This document shows positions 37,002-45,394 of a stretch of 64,000 bases of DNA, piece after piece (within the stretch, counting starts at the first letter, position 1; every line of letters starts with the position of its first letter). Source of the DNA: an uncultured Pseudomonadota bacterium. GTDB lineage: Bacteria > Pseudomonadota > Alphaproteobacteria > Rs-D84. The position numbers and the translations under genes were made by a program. The notes beneath the pieces were generated by a model. It saw only the letters and a program-made list of their open reading frames with translations. It had not been told where the DNA came from and made no database searches. The stretch lies in NCBI GenBank assembly GCA_902784345.1, contig CACZUD010000003.1:27876-91875 (forward strand), in the 5' to 3' direction.

Positions 37002-37664
37002 TTACCAAGACGCTGTATCTGAATCAAGTGGGTCGCCCCGTCCGTCCAGAATATCATATTGAACAACCTGAATTCCCAGCGGATTATCGCGCAGTTTTTC
37101 CAGATTTTCCAACGTTCCAGATATCTTTTCATCCAGATCAGATTTTATCCTTATTTGTATCTTATAATTTTTTTGCGTGGTCTGTCCACCACTATTTTTA
37201 CAAACCCAAGTAAATTTTACATGATATGTGTCATTGTTCATCTTTAAAACAGGTTTGTCGTTATTTGGACTTGAAAAATTAACATTGCATGAAATGTTTG
37301 GTAGTTGGTCACTTAGAGCGAATTCTTTGTAAATAGGGGTCTTAACCATTTTTGAAAAAACTTCATTTGAAGACCATGGTTTAACAATTCTGGACCAATT
37401 TTTGCGTGTCATACCAGGTGTTGCGTACAAAGTATTGCGTGCAATTACATATTCGCGAACAAAACCTTCTTTGTAATTATTCAGTGCTATTTTATTGTTG
37501 CTGTTTGGAACAAGAGGTTCAATAACCACATTTGCAGAACGGGTAGGGGTGTATAAAAAGAAAACTTCTGGTCTTTCAAGTGGCATCATCTTCATCAAAG
37601 TGAACACCAGACAACCCAAAACAACAACGGCCGTTGCCAACACAAAGGCCAGAATTCTGGACAT
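37002..37664 (-). CDS. virB8: VirB8-family type IV secretion protein (start uncertain; the ORF extends to 37820 with a TTG)
   Basis: TM segment ILAFVLATAVVVLGCLVFTL, then a VirB8 periplasmic NTF2-like domain: FVREYVIARNTLY ... YHVKFTWV ... RDNPLGIQVVQYD. Confidence 0.8.
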   Translation of the reverse strand: MSRILAFVLATAVVVLGCLVFTLMKMMPLERPEVFFLYTPTRSANVVIEPLVPNSNNKIALNNYKEGFVREYVIARNTLYATPGMTRKNWSRIVKPWSSNEVFSKMVKTPIYKEFALSDQLPNISCNVNFSSPNNDKPVLKMNNDTYHVKFTWVCKNSGGQTTQKNYKIQIRIKSDLDEKISGTLENLEKLRDNPLGIQVVQYDILDGRGDPLDSDTASW

Positions 37665-37954
37665 TAAAACCGGCGGTTCAACTGTTTTTGCCACAACATC
37701 TCCTACATATTTATATCGATTGTAGAAAATTTTGTTTGCATAGTGCAAGTAAAAAATAACGATTTTTTGATTTGTTTTATCTTTTTTATTGGAAAAAGTT
37801 TTTCTTTTTCGCTTGCGCAAAAAATTAAAAACCTTTATAATATTTCCGCTTGATTTTTAATAATGGTGTGCTATGCTTTGACCGATTATCAGTATAAAAT
37901 GGCTTAAATGCTGGGGTGTGGTTATGGGTACAGACGCTTAAAAACACGAATTAG

Positions 37955-38028
37955 AGGGGCTTAGTTCAACGGTAGAATATCGGTCTCCAAAACCGCGGAT
38001 GAGGGTTCGATTCCTTCAGCCCCTGCCA
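37955..38028 (+). tRNA. tRNA-Trp (anticodon CCA), CCA end encoded
   Basis: AGGGGCT/AGCCCCT acceptor, anticodon loop CTCCAAA, T arm GAGGG-TTCGATT-CCTTC. Classic position upstream of secE-nusG. Confidence 0.88.
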
Positions 38029-38067
38029 GAAAAAATGTTGATAACCAACGCAAAAAATGGGAAACAT

Positions 38068-38247
38068 ATGAAAAAATTAATAGATTTTATCAAATCAGTA
38101 CGCAGCGAATGGTTCAAAATTGTTTGGCCAACGCGTGAAACTGTTATTCATACTACATTTATGATATTGTTGTTTTCTGGTCTGTCTGCGTTGTTCTTTT
38201 TTGTTGTCGACAGTATTTTAAATGCTTTGGTAAACTGGATTTTCTAA
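38068..38247 (+). CDS. secE: preprotein translocase subunit SecE
   Basis: 59 aa. KSVRSEWFKIVWPTRETVIHTTFMILLFSGLSALFFFVVD. Confidence 0.88.
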   Translation: MKKLIDFIKSVRSEWFKIVWPTRETVIHTTFMILLFSGLSALFFFVVDSILNALVNWIF

Positions 38248-38263
38248 TACAAAGGAATGTATC

Positions 38264-38809
38264 ATGGAAGAAAAAATGCAGTGGTTTGTTGTCAACGTTC
38301 ATACTTCTTGCGAAGACAAGGTTGCCCGTGAATTGCGTGAACAGATTGATAAACGTAAATTAAATGCTTATTTTGGTGAAATATTGGTTCCAACACGCGA
38401 AGTTTCCGAAGTCAAAGCAGGTAAACGTGTCAAAACAGAAAAAAAGTTTTTCCCAGGATACATCGTTGTTCAAATGGTTATGAACAATGAAACATTTTCT
38501 TTGGTAAAATTGATGCCAAACGTTGTTATGTTTTTGGGTCAAAAAGTTAAAAATCAATCTAAACCTATTCCTATCAGTGAAGCAGAAGCCCGCCGCTTGT
38601 TGAAACAGGTCGAAGAAGGTTCTGTGGTTACAGAAGATACTGTCTATGAAGATGGTCAAGAAGTGCATGTTATCGATGGACCATTTGCGAACTTTAATGG
38701 TATCGCATCAAATGTTGATAATGTTAAACAGAAAATGACAGTAACGATTTTAGTATTTGGACGTGAAACCAGTGTAGAATTGGAATTCGCCCAAGTCGAA
38801 AGAATTTAA
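38264..38809 (+). CDS. nusG: transcription termination/antitermination factor NusG
   Basis: WFVVNVHTSCEDKV, FPGYIVVQM, KOW region VIDGPFANFNGIASNVD. Confidence 0.93.
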   Translation: MEEKMQWFVVNVHTSCEDKVARELREQIDKRKLNAYFGEILVPTREVSEVKAGKRVKTEKKFFPGYIVVQMVMNNETFSLVKLMPNVVMFLGQKVKNQSKPIPISEAEARRLLKQVEEGSVVTEDTVYEDGQEVHVIDGPFANFNGIASNVDNVKQKMTVTILVFGRETSVELEFAQVERI

Positions 38810-38883
38810 CCGGTTGGTTAAATAAAACTGTGGTAGATGCGCCACATCGCACCACAACACTAACAAAAAAATGAGGTGAAAAA

Positions 38884-39315
38884 ATGGCAAAAAAAGAACT
38901 TAAAGGAATTGTTAAACTGGTCGTACCAGCGAAACAAGCTAACCCAGCTCCTCCTATTGGACCGGCTTTGGGTGCTGCGGGTGTTAACATCGCAGAATTT
39001 TGTAAACAATTTAATGACAAAACAGCAGATAAAGAACCAGGAATGCCAATTCCTTGTATAATCACTGTTTATACAGACCGCAGTTTCGAATTCATTATGA
39101 AATTGCCACCTGTGTCATATTATATTAAAAAAGCTTTGAAATTGAAAATCGGTTCACACAAACCAGGTCGTGAATTTGTTGGTACAATTACCAAAGCTCA
39201 AATCGAAGATATTGCAAAGAACAAAATGCCTGACTTGAATTGCTCTACTATTGAATCTGCAATGAACATCGTTGCTGGTCAATGTCGTTCTATGGGCGTA
39301 AAGGTGGAGGAATAA
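38884..39315 (+). CDS. rplK: 50S ribosomal protein L11
   Basis: VKLVVPAKQANPAPPIGPALGAAGVNIAEFCKQFN. Confidence 0.95.
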   Translation: MAKKELKGIVKLVVPAKQANPAPPIGPALGAAGVNIAEFCKQFNDKTADKEPGMPIPCIITVYTDRSFEFIMKLPPVSYYIKKALKLKIGSHKPGREFVGTITKAQIEDIAKNKMPDLNCSTIESAMNIVAGQCRSMGVKVEE

Positions 39316-39318
39316 GTC

Positions 39319-39993
39319 ATGAAAGTTACAAAAAGAAAACAAACTTGGGCTAATTTAGACGCCAAAAAAGTTTACGCTTTGGACGAAGCAATTGAAACAT
39401 TGCGTGGTTTTTGTTCTAAAAAATTCGACGAAAGTTTAGAAATTGCAATCAAATTAGGTATTGATGTAACAAAAGCAGATCAAAATATTCGTGGTATGTT
39501 ATCTTTGCCAAACGGCACAGGTAAAAAAGTCCGCGTTGCAGTGTTCACAGTCAATTCACAAGAAGATGCCAAAAAGGCAGGCGCTGATGTTATCGGTGGT
39601 GAAGAATTGATTGACAAAGTTGCAAATGGATTTTTGGATTTTGATCGTGTTATTGCTACACCTGATATGATGCCAAAGATGTCAAAAGTTGCACGTGTTT
39701 TGGGACCAAAAGGTTTGATGCCAAATCCTAAACTCGGCACTGTTACAAATAACGTAGCAGAAGCAGTTGCCAGTGCAAAGGCAGGACAAATTGAATACCG
39801 TGCTGAAAAGAAAGGTATTATCCATGCTGGTATTGGTAAAATGTCTTTTGAAACATCTAAATTGGTCGAAAATGCAAATGCATTGATTGAACAATTGAAA
39901 AAAGTTAAACCTGCATCGGCTAAGGGTCAATATATCTTGGGTGCATCTGTTGCAACAACCCAAGGCCCAGGTCTGAAAGTTGATGTAAAATAA
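39319..39993 (+). CDS. rplA: 50S ribosomal protein L1
   Basis: FDESLEIAIKLGIDVTKADQNIRG, LPNGTGK, PDMMPKMSKVARVLGPKGLMPNPK. Confidence 0.95.
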   Translation: MKVTKRKQTWANLDAKKVYALDEAIETLRGFCSKKFDESLEIAIKLGIDVTKADQNIRGMLSLPNGTGKKVRVAVFTVNSQEDAKKAGADVIGGEELIDKVANGFLDFDRVIATPDMMPKMSKVARVLGPKGLMPNPKLGTVTNNVAEAVASAKAGQIEYRAEKKGIIHAGIGKMSFETSKLVENANALIEQLKKVKPASAKGQYILGASVATTQGPGLKVDVK

Positions 39994-39996
39994 TTT

Positions 39997-40177
39997 TATG
40001 GTGGGGACAACACCCCACTATAAACCGAGATTTCTGTCCAAGACTGATGGTGTGAAGAAAATCACTTAATTCCCATCATAGACAAAGAAAAATTCTTTGG
40101 GGCAGGAACAAAAGCCCCACCGGTGGAAAAACCACAGATGGAAAGATTAACAAAAAAGCTTAAAAGGATATAAAAAG
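39997..40177 (+). promoter_or_regulatory. structured rplJ leader (L10-leader-like autoregulatory region)
   Basis: 180-nt untranslated region with GC-rich hairpins (gtgggg-acaaca-ccccac; ggggc...gcccc; ccaccggtgg), at the position where L10(L12)4 feedback leaders occur. Confidence 0.4.
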
Positions 40178-40686
40178 ATGAAACGCGAAGAAAAATCAGA
40201 TTTGATTTCAGCGTTGCAGTCGTCCTTGAAAGAAGCAGACGGTGTTTTCGTTATTGAAAACCATGGTTTGGTGTTTTCGTTATTGAAAACCATGGTTTGA
40301 CAGTGAAAGAAATGGAAACATTGCGCAATGAATTGCGTCCTTTGGTTTCTATGTTCAAAGTTGTCAAAAACCGTTTGATGAAATTGGCGTTGAAAGACAC
40401 CAACTTCGAAGCTGTATCTGATTTGATGAAACGTCCAACAGCAGTTGCAGTTGCAACAGATGCGTTGGCTGTTACCAAAGTATTGGCAAAATTTGCTGAA
40501 GAACACCAAAAATTAACAATTGTTGGTGGTAAAATGGATGCAGAACTTCTGGATGTGAACGGCGTTGTGCAATTATCCAAGCTTCCATCCTTGCTGGAAA
40601 TTCGTGGTACTATCGCACGTATATTGATAGAACCAGCATCACGTCTTGCACGTGTTTCAGCAGAATATGGAAAAAAAGAAAATTAA
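40178..40686 (+). pseudogene. rplJ: 50S ribosomal protein L10 gene interrupted by a 29-bp tandem duplication (frameshift)
   Basis: The ATG at 40178 gives MKREEKSDLISALQSSLKEADGVFVIENHGL, then the frame runs into TGA at 40295-97. The canonical continuation TVKEMETLRNELRP...VVKNRLMKLA is in another frame (ORF 40297..40686). Removing one repeat copy restores a 159-aa L10. Confidence 0.85.
40241..40298 (+). repeat. perfect tandem duplication, 2 x 29 bp (ggtgttttcgttattgaaaaccatggttt)
   Basis: Read directly: 40241-40269 is identical to 40270-40298. Confidence 0.98.
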
Positions 40687-40710
40687 TAAAAACTCACAAG
40701 GAGTATTAAA

Positions 40711-41013
40711 ATGGCAGATATTCAAAAAACATGGGGCGTAAGCGCTGCTGCTGCTGTTGCAGTTGCTGCGGGTCCGGCTGCCGGTGCTGCGGCTGAAGAA
40801 AAAACAGAATTTGATGTTGTATTGGCTGACGCTGGTGCAAACAAATTGGCTGTTATCAAAGCTGTTAAAGACATCACAGGTTTGGGTTTAGGCGAAGCGA
40901 AAGCTTTGGTTGAATCTGCACCTAAGGCTGTTAAAGAAGCAGTTGCAAAAGATGAAGCTGAAAAAATGAAAGCCACATTGGAAGCAGCTGGTGCAAAAGT
41001 AGAAATGAAATAA
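40711..41013 (+). CDS. rplL: 50S ribosomal protein L7/L12, N-terminally shortened (100 aa)
   Basis: Strong AAGGAG RBS. The hinge and C-terminal domain are canonical ([14 protein letters not shown]...[10 protein letters not shown]...[15 protein letters not shown]). Only MADIQKTW precedes the hinge, versus about 30 residues in other L7/L12. Confidence 0.85.
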   Translation: MADIQKTWGVSAAAAVAVAAGPAAGAAAEEKTEFDVVLADAGANKLAVIKAVKDITGLGLGEAKALVESAPKAVKEAVAKDEAEKMKATLEAAGAKVEMK

Positions 41014-41074
41014 TTTCTATCTTTTCATAGAAATCGCAAGATTTCAAAATAATTGCAGAAATGCAATTTTCGCC

Positions 41075-41106
41075 GCCCGCTGAAGATATAAAAATCTTTG
41101 GCGGGC
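41075..41106 (+). promoter_or_regulatory. rplL-rpoB intercistronic stem-loop (attenuator-like)
   Basis: gcccgctgaagat / atctttggcgggc, a 13-bp stem with wobble pairs. This is the position of the known partial terminator in other bacteria. Confidence 0.4.
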
Positions 41107-41182
41107 ACACAGGCGTAAAAAGGTTTTATACTTTTTTCGTTTGCAAAATACAAAAAAAAGACAAATAAAAAGGATTCAGAAA

Positions 41183-44100
41183 ATGGCAGTTATCCAGAAA
41201 CTTAGAAAATCTTTTGGTAAAAGTTTTTTGCAAACTCCGCTTCCTGATTTGGTTGAAATTCAGTACAATTCTTACAGAGATTTCTTACAGGCAGATGTAG
41301 CCCCAGAAAACAGAAAAAATATCGGGCTGCAAAATGTATTCAAATCTATGTTCCCAATTAAAGACTATGCGGGAATTGCAGATTTGGAATTCATTGAATA
41401 TACTTTGGACAAACCTGTATACAATGTTCACGAATGTATGCTGCGTAATTTAACTTACAGCAGCAAACTGAAATTGAAGCTGAGATTGATTTTATGGGAT
41501 ATCGCAGAAGATGGTAAAAAATCTTTGCGTGATATCAAAGAACAAGAAATATTTATGGGTGACGTTCCTTTGATGACAGAACGTGGCAGCTTTATTGCTG
41601 CTGGTGTGGAACGTGTTGTGGTTTCGCAAATGCATCGTGCCCAGGGTGTAGTTTTTGGTACAACAAAAGAAGCAAAAGTTGCTGGAAATCCAGAAACATA
41701 TACAGGTCGTATAATTCCTGAACATGGTTCTTGGATTGATTTTGAAGAATCCAAAGGCATTATCTATGTTCGTATTGACCGCAGACGTAAAATACCTGCA
41801 ACAGTATTGTTGCGTTGTTTGCCTGCCGCATCTGACGAAAAGAAATTTGCCGCTGATCCACGTAAACCAAACATCGCGGGTATGAGTGCCGAAGAAATTT
41901 TAGGTACTTTCTATAAACAAATTCCTTTATCTTTTGATGGTAAATTCTGGATTGGCGATGTAGCTGTATTCGAAGGTTTGGATAAATATCGTTTGAATTA
42001 CGATTTGATTAATCCAAAAGATAAAAAAGCCATGGCAAACAAAGGCGATCGTTTGAATGCTAAACGTTTGTCAAAGATTGCAGCAACTTCTAAGAAATTT
42101 GGTATTGAACGTGATGCCCTGATTGGTGAATATTTGTTCAGTGCTGTTAAAAACGGCGAAGATGTTTTGTTCCCAGAAGGCACAGAAATCACAGATGAAG
42201 TATTGAATGAAATTGAAAAATTGGGTGTTAAAAACATTTCGATAATTTCAATCGATAATACAACAATTACATCACATATGCGCAATACTTTGGTCGCAGA
42301 TAAAACTTCAAATCGTGAAGAAGCATTGATTGCTATCTATGATTTGGTTCGTCCAGGTGAACGTCCAACATTAGAAGCCGCAATCAATTTGTTCTTGCGT
42401 CAAGGTTTTGACCCAGCATACTATGATTTGTCAGCGGTTGGTCGTTTCAAAATGAACAAACGTTTGAAAATTGATTCAGGTAAAAGACCAGAAGACGAAC
42501 GTACATTGACCAAATCTGATTTCTTGGCAGTGTTAAAGACATTGACAAACATCATCGACCACAAAGATGTTATCGATGATATTGATAATTTGTCTAATCG
42601 TCGTGTTCGTGCGGTCGGCGAATTGTTTGAACAAACATTCCGTAATGGTATGTTGCGTATCGAAAGATTGGTTCGTGAAAGTTTGACTTCACCAAACATT
42701 GCAACAATGCAACCACAAGATGTTATCAATGCAAAGCCATTGATGTCTTTGGTTTCTGAATTCTTGGGAACATCTCAGTTGTCTCAATTTATGGATTCTT
42801 ATAACCCATTGGCGGAAGTAGAACACAAACGTCTTATTTCTGCATTGGGTCCTGGTGGATTAAACCGCGAACGTGCCGGTATCGATGTCCGCGACGTTCA
42901 TCCTACACACTATGGAAGATTGTGCCCAATTCACACCCCAGAAGGTGCGAACATTGGTTTGATTTCACACTTGTCATCTTATGCACGTGTTAATCCATAT
43001 GGATTTATTGAAACACCATACTATGTTGTAAAGAACAGCAAAATTACCGAAGAAATGGTATATTTGACTGCTGATGAAGAATTGGGACACAAAATTGCCC
43101 AAGGAAACACACCAACAACAAGCACGGGAGTCTTGGCAGAAGATATGGTTACCGCACGTGTTGACGGTGAATTTACAATGGTTCCAAAAGACGAAATCGA
43201 TTTAATCGACGTGGCCCCACGTCAGGTAGTATCTATTGCAACAGGTTTGATACCATTTGTTGCTAACGACGACGCGAACCGTGCTTTGATGGGATCGAAC
43301 ATGCAACGTCAGGGTGTTCCATTAATGCGCGTCGAAGCACCATTGGTTGGTACAGGTATCGAACGCGAAGTGGCACGTGATTCACGTACAGGTAAAGTTG
43401 CAAAACACAGTGGTATTGTTGAATCTGTGGATGCAAATCGTATCGTGGTTAAATGTATGAATTCACGTAATGTCGTAACAGGTGTTGATATTTACAACCT
43501 TGAAAAATTTCAACGTTCTAATGGTGAAACTTTGGTACACCAAAAACCATTGGTTCACGTAGGCGACAGAATTTCTGCGGGTGATATCATTGCCGACGGT
43601 TCATCTATGAATTATGGTGAATTGGCTTTGGGACGCAATGTATTGGTTGCTTTCGTTCCATGGCGTGGATATAACTATGAAGACGCTATTGTGATTTCTG
43701 AACGTATTTCACGTGATGATGTTTATACATCTATCAAAATTGTTGAAAAAGAAATCAAATTACGTGATACACAACTTGGACCAGAAAGTTTCACAAGAGA
43801 TATTCCAAATGTTGGTGAAGAAGCACTGAAAAACTTGGATGAATCTGGTATTATTTATGTTGGTGCCCGCGTAAAACAAGGCGATATTTTGGTTGGTCGT
43901 GTTTCACCAAAATCTGAAACATTATTGACCCCAGAAGAAGCGTTGTTGCGTAACATCTTTGGTGAAAAGGCGTTGAATGTAAAAGATACTTCATTAAAGG
44001 TCGGACCAAACGAAGAAGGAACAGTTATCGGTGTTAACGTCTTGACACGTCATGGTGTTAAAAAAGACGACAGAACACAGATGATTGAATTGCAAAAGAT

Positions 44101-45319
44101 TGAAAAAATCAACAAAGACCGCGATGAACAAACGGCGATTATTGAAAAAGGTTTTGCAGATCAAGTGTTCCAGTTGGCTGAAAACGCGACTATTTCCGCA
44201 GGTACAGGCAGTTTGAAACCTTTTGTTGGTAAAAAATTAACAGCAGAAGTTTTCGAAGGTATCAGAGCATCTGATATGAAAAAATTGACTGTGTCCAACA
44301 AAGAGATTCAGGCGAAAATTGATGAATTGCGTGAACAACATGTAATTAAATTGAAAGAATTGAACGAAAGCGCAGATGCTGAAATTGCAAAAGCAACAGA
44401 AAGCACATCTTTGGGTGCCGGCGTTTTGAAAGAAGTCAAAGTTTACATCGCACACAAAATGAAATTGCAACCTGGTGATAAAATGGCTGGTCGTCATGGA
44501 AACAAAGGTATCGTATCACGTGTTGTTCCAATCGAAGATATGCCACATATGGAAGACGGAACACCTGTCGATATCGTGTTGAATCCACTTGGTGTGCCAT
44601 CGCGTATGAATATCGGTCAGATATTTGAAACTCACCTTGGTATGGCGGCGCGTACACTCGGTAAACAAATCGGTGAAGTTTTAGATGAAGTAAAACAAAA
44701 ACGTGCTGTAACTGATGATTTGCGCAACATTATGGGCAAGATTTATGGAAAATCTGTTGCTGAAAAACTTGAAAAAATGACAGATACAGATGTTCGTGCC
44801 CAAGCAGCCCTGTTGCGTAACGGTGTTCCAATGGCAACGCCTACATTTGATGGTGCAACACCAGAAGAAATTAAAGCAATGTTGAAATTGGCTAAATTAC
44901 CAGAATCTGGTCAGTTCACATTGTACGATGGTGTTACAGGTGAAAAATTTGCCCGTCCTGTTACAGTTGGTGTAATGTACATGATGAAATTGCATCACTT
45001 GGTTGATGAAAAGATTCACGCACGTTCAACTGGAAATTATTCTTTGGTTACCCAACAACCATTGTCCGGAAAGGCACACATGGGTGGTCAGAGACTTGGA
45101 GAAATGGAAGTTTGGGCATTGGAAGCACACGGTGCTGCACACCTGTTGCGCGAAATGTTAACTGTCAAATCTGACGATATCGTCGGCAGAAATAAAATGT
45201 ACGAAGCAATTATTTCTGGAAACAACGATATCCAAACAGGAACCCCAGAAGCATTTAACGTTTTGGTACGTGAATTGCGCGGTTTGGGATTGGCATTAAC
45301 ACCAAAGAAAATAGACTAG
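41183..45319 (+). CDS. rpoB: DNA-directed RNA polymerase subunit beta
   Basis: Start MAVIQKLRKSFGK. LVEIQYNSYRDFL, rifampicin cluster FMDSYNPLAEVEHKRLISALGPGGL, GDKMAGRHGNKGIVS. Confidence 0.96.
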   Translation: MAVIQKLRKSFGKSFLQTPLPDLVEIQYNSYRDFLQADVAPENRKNIGLQNVFKSMFPIKDYAGIADLEFIEYTLDKPVYNVHECMLRNLTYSSKLKLKLRLILWDIAEDGKKSLRDIKEQEIFMGDVPLMTERGSFIAAGVERVVVSQMHRAQGVVFGTTKEAKVAGNPETYTGRIIPEHGSWIDFEESKGIIYVRIDRRRKIPATVLLRCLPAASDEKKFAADPRKPNIAGMSAEEILGTFYKQIPLSFDGKFWIGDVAVFEGLDKYRLNYDLINPKDKKAMANKGDRLNAKRLSKIAATSKKFGIERDALIGEYLFSAVKNGEDVLFPEGTEITDEVLNEIEKLGVKNISIISIDNTTITSHMRNTLVADKTSNREEALIAIYDLVRPGERPTLEAAINLFLRQGFDPAYYDLSAVGRFKMNKRLKIDSGKRPEDERTLTKSDFLAVLKTLTNIIDHKDVIDDIDNLSNRRVRAVGELFEQTFRNGMLRIERLVRESLTSPNIATMQPQDVINAKPLMSLVSEFLGTSQLSQFMDSYNPLAEVEHKRLISALGPGGLNRERAGIDVRDVHPTHYGRLCPIHTPEGANIGLISHLSSYARVNPYGFIETPYYVVKNSKITEEMVYLTADEELGHKIAQGNTPTTSTGVLAEDMVTARVDGEFTMVPKDEIDLIDVAPRQVVSIATGLIPFVANDDANRALMGSNMQRQGVPLMRVEAPLVGTGIEREVARDSRTGKVAKHSGIVESVDANRIVVKCMNSRNVVTGVDIYNLEKFQRSNGETLVHQKPLVHVGDRISAGDIIADGSSMNYGELALGRNVLVAFVPWRGYNYEDAIVISERISRDDVYTSIKIVEKEIKLRDTQLGPESFTRDIPNVGEEALKNLDESGIIYVGARVKQGDILVGRVSPKSETLLTPEEALLRNIFGEKALNVKDTSLKVGPNEEGTVIGVNVLTRHGVKKDDRTQMIELQKIEKINKDRDEQTAIIEKGFADQVFQLAENATISAGTGSLKPFVGKKLTAEVFEGIRASDMKKLTVSNKEIQAKIDELREQHVIKLKELNESADAEIAKATESTSLGAGVLKEVKVYIAHKMKLQPGDKMAGRHGNKGIVSRVVPIEDMPHMEDGTPVDIVLNPLGVPSRMNIGQIFETHLGMAARTLGKQIGEVLDEVKQKRAVTDDLRNIMGKIYGKSVAEKLEKMTDTDVRAQAALLRNGVPMATPTFDGATPEEIKAMLKLAKLPESGQFTLYDGVTGEKFARPVTVGVMYMMKLHHLVDEKIHARSTGNYSLVTQQPLSGKAHMGGQRLGEMEVWALEAHGAAHLLREMLTVKSDDIVGRNKMYEAIISGNNDIQTGTPEAFNVLVRELRGLGLALTPKKID

Positions 45320-45358
45320 TGGCCGGGCCCGCGGGCGGTTTATTCGCCCACCGGCCAC
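45319..45358 (+). other. GC-rich nested stem-loop between rpoB and rpoC
   Basis: gtggccgg...ccggccac enclosing gggcg-gtttatt-cgccc. No T-run follows. Confidence 0.4.
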
Positions 45359-45394
45359 AAGGCACTTTTAGTGACTTAAAAGGAGCAAAAACAC

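Noticed and set aside
37665-37820. Lys/Arg-rich 52-codon N-terminal extension of VirB8 from a TTG codon
   Set aside because: It starts at a weak TTG with no RBS. Its composition (MRKRKRKTFSNKKDKTNQK) is typical of translated AT-rich promoter DNA. The first ATG gives a normal short cytoplasmic tail plus TM segment. The true start remains uncertain.
40241-40298. Programmed ribosomal frameshifting as the explanation for the split rplJ
   Set aside because: A -1 shift within the repeat would restore the frame. However, I found no X XXY YYZ slippery heptamer in the zero frame and no obvious downstream stimulatory structure. A tandem duplication, real or artefactual, is the simpler reading.
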